DNA of 64,000 bases from Octopus vulgaris (Eukaryota). Positions within the stretch are counted from its first letter, which is position 1; the number at the start of each line of letters is the position of its first letter. The stretch is from positions 104,408,001 to 104,472,000 of the forward strand of contig OX597816.1 in the NCBI GenBank assembly GCA_951406725.2, in the 5' to 3' direction. The notes beneath the pieces were generated by a model that saw only the letters and a program-made list of their open reading frames with translations, was not told the DNA's origin and ran no database searches. Both the position numbers and the translations under genes were made by a program. Shown here one piece after another: positions 57,454 through 64,000 of the stretch.

Positions 57454-57909
57454 AGTAATGGTTGTTACAACCTCAACGCGCTTGTTTTAAACAGTACAAT
57501 GTTACTACTATTTTTAATCCCAGGAGGACATAACTAGTTAACGACATACTGTCTATGTTATATTGTAGGTAAATGAGCGAACAACTCCCACCCACCATTG
57601 ACAGGACCAATAGACCAGCGCTGGTTTCAGGGTCTTACCCTCCCTTAGTACTGGTATACCTGTCTGCTAGACATGACAGTCGTCCATCCCAGTTCGCAAT
57701 ATATAAATAAGCGACATTCAGCTGCTGATCTTGCAGCAAGCAAAGTAACTAGTTCTAAAATCTCTATAAGAGATGCGAGTAGTAATTCTACTGGGACACA
57801 GATAGTGTGTCGTTATCCAACTGGAGGAGGTGTTCTCCTGAATTTCAAAAGAGTGGTAACAGTTTTCTGTACGGAACAAGTAAGTCGAGGTGGTAACAAC
57901 CATTACTTT
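57454..57909. mobile_element. Non-coding unit of about 455 bp with diverged terminal inverted repeats of about 100 bp enclosing a hammerhead
   Basis: agtaatggttgttacaacctc...aacgacatactgtctatgt (57455-57557) versus acacagatagtgtgtcgtt...gaggtggtaacaaccattact (57796-57907). Confidence 0.75.
57606..57655 (-). ncRNA. Type I hammerhead motif, mutated core
   Basis: Minus strand: accagta CTAAGGG aggg(taaga)ccct GAA accagcgctggt C tattggt; 7-bp stem I and palindromic stem III. Confidence 0.7.
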
Positions 57910-57985
57910 TCAATAGATTTACTACTTGCTTCTCTTATAGAGGTTTTAGAATTAGTTACTTTGCTTGCTATATATGTGTGCGTGC

Positions 57986-58048
<63 letters not shown>

Positions 58049-58706
58049 CTGTATGTTTCTCTGTGTGTGTATTTATAATGCATTATACATATATATGTAT
58101 TCAACGTGTGCAACCGTTAATCCAGACGCGGTTTTCTTCCTTCCATTTTTTAGCAATCTCTACCTGTTTTCTTCCGTGATTCCTTTCCGTACAGGAGCGT
58201 AGGCTTCAAACGTCAGTCTTCTATTGTTCCCTTCTTATTGCTCCCTCGTCCGTCTATGTCTTATACATATAGACATCATACACAGACGCACACACACACA
58301 TACAAACACACACACACATGCATACACGCGCACACTTTTAAATACATATGTATGTGGATGTGCATGTGTGTGTGTGTGTGTGTGTGTGAATAGATGTCGG
58401 TATGAATTTCTGACCATATGCATTCAGTTGCTTTTCCAACAGAACCATTGCGTGTAAGGGAGTTAGTATTCCCCAGAAAAATGTTTGCCTGGCGTATTTA
58501 TCAATCAGAATTACTGTGATACTGGACAAGGTCAGAACTTTGAATTACAAACGCAAAAGCAGTCAACTGTATATGCTCTAAGACGTTCGCTGAGCAGATT
58601 TCGCCCACGATGAGACTATAGAAACTTGCTCATATAGTTAATTGAAGGCTTAAAAGCGCCACGAAATCCTTAATCATTCGGTTTTGTGCATGCATATGTA
58701 TATCTG

Positions 58707-58738
<32 letters not shown>

Positions 58739-59050
58739 TGTATGTATGTATGTATGTATGTATGTATGAGTGTGTATATATATATATATATATAAATACA
58801 AAATGGGACAAGAACGCAAAACATTCAAATAGACGATAAAAAAAACACGGACAGGTCATTTGAAGCCTCTAATCGTCAGTCAAGAACTGGATCATCCTCG
58901 CAATTTTGGCTGATTAATCTTGTGATTGCTCCGATCTGGCCAGCCCCAAGGTAAAAACTAAGCTCTGAGCATTAGATTTCTTGGGAAAAGGATCAAATGA
59001 ATACGAAACAAAGACAGAAAAACGGACGATGTTACACGAATATAAATACA

Positions 59051-59094
<44 letters not shown>

Positions 59095-61560
59095 GTATGT
59101 GTGTATGTATACATACATGAATACTTACATGCATACTCGGATCCGAACATCAAGACCGAAGTGGAGGTGGAAGTCGATAACGTCACGGGTTCTTGTTCGT
59201 TTATTCCGTGAGGATAGGGCTTTGGAGGTACGCACTGGTGTCGATTTCTCTGGGTTGTGACGAATTTAGGACTTAGGAACATCTGGTGGGAGGATTGTGT
59301 ATTGGATCATTCTATAAATAATGCAGTTTCTGTTATACTTCTGTTATTTTTCAAAATTTACATAAACAAACTTCTTTTTTAACCTAAAATATACTCCCCT
59401 TCGTTTTCTACAATGTTATTCCATGGGTAGGTATATAGATAGGTGGGTTCGTAGGTAAGTAGGATATTCCCACTTTCCTGCCTTTCAAAACATTCCTATC
59501 ATACTAACATTGTACCCTACGTCACGGTACATGTATCTTTATTCACAACGTCACTTAAACGAGTCTCTATGTGGTTGATCGATGCAGTGAGATTAAAAGT
59601 CGAATCTCCCTCTATTATTATCCTTTTAGAAAGTTTCTCGAATAATTCTATTTTGACCAGATGTCACCCTCGGGATTCAATTTCTTCTAAAATCATGTTC
59701 GTTAATTTTTGTTTTGATGGTTGATGGTTTCCTTGTTGTTTCGTACAGGGACCCTATATGTACCTTTCTATTCCATACAGCACCACCTGATTTCATTTTA
59801 TTTAAGGCTAGTACTGTGAATTGTTAGAGGTAGAGTCTTGTTTAGTAGCAAGTAGATACACTCCCTTCCAGACTTCTCAGCTCGAGTCCCACATAGGTCG
59901 ACTCTGCTTTCTATCCTTCCAGAGTCGATAAAATAATCGAGCCGGTCAAATACTGGGTATGAATCTAATAGACTTTGCTCGCTCCCAAAATGTGTGGCCG
60001 TGTGCCTCTATTAAATCTTGTAATTAGAGAGCAGTGTATTGTGAAGTCGAGTAGAACGTCAAATAACATGCATTATGCGATTTAGCTGCGTTCTTTACGT
60101 TGAGAATTCAAATACCTATTTCTTTATTACCCACAAGGGGCTAAACACAGAGGGGACAAACAAGGACAGACATAGGTATTAAGTCAATTACATCGACCCC
60201 AGTGCGTAACTGGTACTTAATTTATCGACCCCGAAAGGATGAAAGGCAAAGTCGACCTGGCGAGTTCACGCTTGATATTCATCCTCGAAGGGTCGTAAAA
60301 CGAGAACCAGTCAAACACTAAGGTTGTTGATGTAACTGACTGCCTCATTTCCTCTAATATTTTGATGATATTAAATTATAGACAACGCTTCTCCTCGTGT
60401 TTTGGCTTTCTTTTATGAAAGAAATAATTATATCCAAAGCTAAATGTAGCTTGCTATTTTTATCATTATACGTACAAACAATATCAAGTTGTTGTGTGCT
60501 GGCTGACTTGCCTTATAATGTCATAAGTCACTTCAAGATTAAACTGACTTTAAGGCAGTCGTTGTAAAGACAATTTATGAGTGGTTTTGGTATTTTTACA
60601 TCATCCCGAGAACACTTGTTTGTTTAAGAAGCAATGACTTCAATAATTCGCTGAAGTACTCAACCACATTAATAGCTTCTTGAAAATATCATTGTCAAAT
60701 TTAAATTCTGACATTTCCAACACGTTTCTTCATTTGTATTTCCTCACTGTTCTATTTATTATAAACTTACTCGTTATTAAAGAAACCAACAATCTGGTTT
60801 CGAACGTGGATTCTGCATTTACCTGTTCTGCTTTGACATAGTAATAGTCGATATAATGTAATAAGTATTCCGTTGCAAGTACCTAGCTATCTACGTAGTT
60901 CACACATCTCTCACCACTATTTGCGCAGGGAAATAATTGGTATGATTCTCGTAAATATTTCTTTTCTTCACGTTCCGCCACAGAAGCAAATCCGATATTA
61001 TTGAATTCCTTGTTGTGCGTAACCATTGCAAATCTTTAAGTAGAGATTAAATACTTTCAGTAATAAGTTTAAACATAAATCCTTTTATCAATTTTTTCGC
61101 ACTTGTCTTTAACGCTTTCACACTGATTCTAAAGTGTTCCACATTTTAAAATTACCTTAGCAGATTCTCATCACTTACCATATGAGAAGCGGAGTTTATA
61201 TTCTTTAAATAACTAACACAGATCGTACAAAATGCAGTTACGTAGATTTACATGTCTTATGTGCTTTTCTTATATGCAATAATTCTGTGTTCCCTGACAC
61301 ATATGTTCAATGTTAGTTTTAATTGTCAAATGTATACGAGTGGAACCCACGCAAAATTTAAGAAACAAAAATTTGAAGATCATCCTTAGCTAGCTTGAAA
61401 ACTTTGTTTTCCATTTTCCTGGTAATGAAGCTATATTATTCGGACGTGTTTCATTATGCTAAGAATTTCCATAATAACTTCATTTTCGCTCCACAGTTTA
61501 GCTTCGTCACTCGAACACATAAAGTAACAAGTGGAATAATAATATCGATAGATACATCAT

Positions 61561-61985
61561 AGGTGCAAGCAAGGCTGTGTACATGAGGAGCTTGCTTCCT
61601 AAAGATATGGTCTTTGGTTCAGGTTCGCTGCGTGGAAACTTGGGCAAGTTTCTTATACTATAGCCCCTGGTCGACCAAAGCCTGATCAGTGCATTTGTTC
61701 CATGCAAACTGGAAGAAGCTCATCACGTATATACGTATGTATATGTGTGAGTGTGTTGGGGGGGTGCGTTTGCTTATTTTTTGTGTTTGTCCCCATCATC
61801 AGTTGACAGTAGCTGTTGAGATTTGTTTATTCTCTGTAATATAGCTCTTCGGCAAAGTGACCAACAGAATTAATAGCAGGGATTTTTTTTTAATGTCCTA
61901 GGATCGACTTGTTCGACTAAGCCCTTAAAGGCAGTGCTGCAGCTCTGGCTCACTACAATGTCTGAAGCAAGTAAAAGATAAAAGA
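61561..61985 (+). mobile_element. Old SINE family B copy
   Basis: Diverged match to 14247-14658. Confidence 0.65.
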
Positions 61986-64000
61986 TACATGATTTAGCTT
62001 ATTTGCCATTAAGTAATAGTTTATTGGTTAACGACCAATTCAAAAAATCAATTTATTGAAAATGATAACTTAAAGGCTAGCATTATCAAGCAAACTGTTT
62101 CTTAAAAGGTCCACTGAGACTTCATTGTTGCTTTCTTTGTATGCACTAATATATCTCTTAAAATGTCTTGGGAATTGTGTAATTTTGTTTATAAAGAAGC
62201 AGTAAGTAAACATGTCTATGACCATGGTGTTCACACACCCTCGCGACTATTCATATTGCTATGGTCGAGGATCAATTTGAATATGGGAAAGTTGACCGTT
62301 TTGATAGCAATGGAAGAGTTTGAGTGGCTGAGAGAAAGAGAGAGAGAGAGCAAAAAGATTCAGAGAAAGAAAATAATCGGAAGTTGTAGTGTAGTGGTGT
62401 GTGTCTTTGCACATCAGAAGGATTATGGTCTCGCATGTGTTCTGGGATGTTTGCGCCTGTAACGGGAGCAGTGTACCAGCTATGACGGCAATACACAACA
62501 TACTTTATATGTGTCCAATATGCTGGAAATCGACTAAATCTCTAACGGGCGAGTTATTTAAATATATATTGATTTTTCTCGCTTTTGTGTGCCTATTATT
62601 GCTCTTTTTCTCTGAACAACTGTTTGAAAATGATTCCTTTTAATATGTTCCTGAAATCATACAGGCACAAAATAAGCATAATTTTATTGTCTTAATCGGT
62701 GGAAGGTCTCCGTAGGTTGCACTTTGCGTGGAATCAGCAGTTGACAGAAATAAAGCATGAAGTTATCCCCAAATCAGAAACCAGGCCTGAATACTTGCAA
62801 CTGAAGGCTGCTTATTGCCAATTTTATTTGATGTCTTCATTCAGTTCTATTCTACATTAAGTGTTGTACTCTGAAACTAGTTATAACTCTATAGTGCTAG
62901 TTGATGTTGATTTGGCTCTCATCCATTCAGTAGTTTGGTGACACTCGTGTGGATATTTCTCAAAAATTGCAATTACCTTCTCGCCGAACTTGCTTTCATA
63001 TGTGTTTAATGGAAACTCTCTGGACAACCTCGTTTTTACAGAATCTGTAACTCAAAGTACCATTTCATACACTTCAGTTTCAATCAACTTAACCTTTCCT
63101 TCTAGTTCATTGTCCAGACTTTCAGCGCTACTATATTTAGATGCATTTGTATATATATTTAGATGCATAATTGACATTCTGTGGGTATTATGCACTGTAA
63201 TTCTATAAACACTCTTCAGACACACTCCATTTGTAATAGTGGTAGACAATGTTCGATTGTATTACTACGCAAGGTGTACTAAATTTCTGAACTTGGTCCT
63301 AATAGTAATATTTAATATGCATCGTAATATCATTACTATTATTGCAATTCATAAAATATATAAATTCATCATGCACGAAATAAATCCTGTTTAGAGTTTC
63401 TGTACACTCTTTTTATAAACAATTGCTTTATTATTCACACATTAATATGTTTCCATATCATTGTACTTTCATAGCTTACCATCATTTGTCTGTGAAGCAT
63501 TTCGCTCAGAATATCAGTGCAATAAATAAATAAAAGAATGAAACATTTACGAATCTTTTTTTTTTTTCTTTATGTGGGTTTAGTGTATTTGATGTAAAAA
63601 AAAGCATAGTAGCATAATTGTAAATCGCCAGACAAAATCCCTTTTCGTATTACAATTTTTTTCTTCGTTTCATGACGCAGTTACTCTGTCTTTCATCCTG
63701 TTGAATTCGTTGTATAACTGCCTATTTATATTCGAAGATCGATTCTATATACTTCATCATCAAGCTTCAGTTTATGTGCTTGTGCCAATGAGTGAAATAT
63801 TTTTGTATTTTAACGTTCCATGTTTTCGTTACTGACCCCTTTTTTCGAGAGTTCACTGTAAATATCGTCCCCACTGGTGCATTCATTCTCTTAATTCCAA
63901 TATTCTATAAGCATTTATTTTTCACTGAATATTAAATCTCCGATATGTATTGGAAATGTAGTTACTCATATCAAAAAGGTAGGTTTAAGTTTTCATTAAT

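Noticed and set aside
58850-58890. ctgacga on the minus strand in a dispersed repeat
   Set aside because: No GAAA or consistent stems in this copy
62800-63300. Semi-open minus-strand reading frame (63052..63249 and continuation)
   Set aside because: In-frame stops and no motif I can recognise; possibly an old transposase, but unsupported as gene or TE

Overview
AT-rich, microsatellite-saturated eukaryotic non-coding DNA. The repeat types (tRNA-derived SINE families, (TA)n/(CA)n/(TACA)n arrays, Penelope, mariner/Tc1, R4/Dong-like LINE) strongly resemble an Octopus/cephalopod genome; this is inference from recalled repeat motifs, not a database match. I found no host protein-coding exon, and most ORF-track entries are microsatellite artefacts. 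Real coding remnants are all transposon-derived: a young Penelope-like element (PLE; RT + GIY-YIG, 10364-11800) with a full-length mariner nested at its 5' junction, a second mariner, Tc1/mariner fragments, a Gypsy remnant, two RLE-clade LINE fragments, three more PLE fragments and a gag/ORF1-like element with no RT. The most notable signal is at least 7 clearly foldable type I hammerhead ribozyme (HHR) motifs from about 5 unrelated families, plus several weaker ones. Several lie in small non-coding fold-back units whose inverted repeats copy the sequence 3' of the predicted cleavage site, and one hairpin turns almost exactly at that site. The PLE HHR carries a compensatory U3-A8 core pair.
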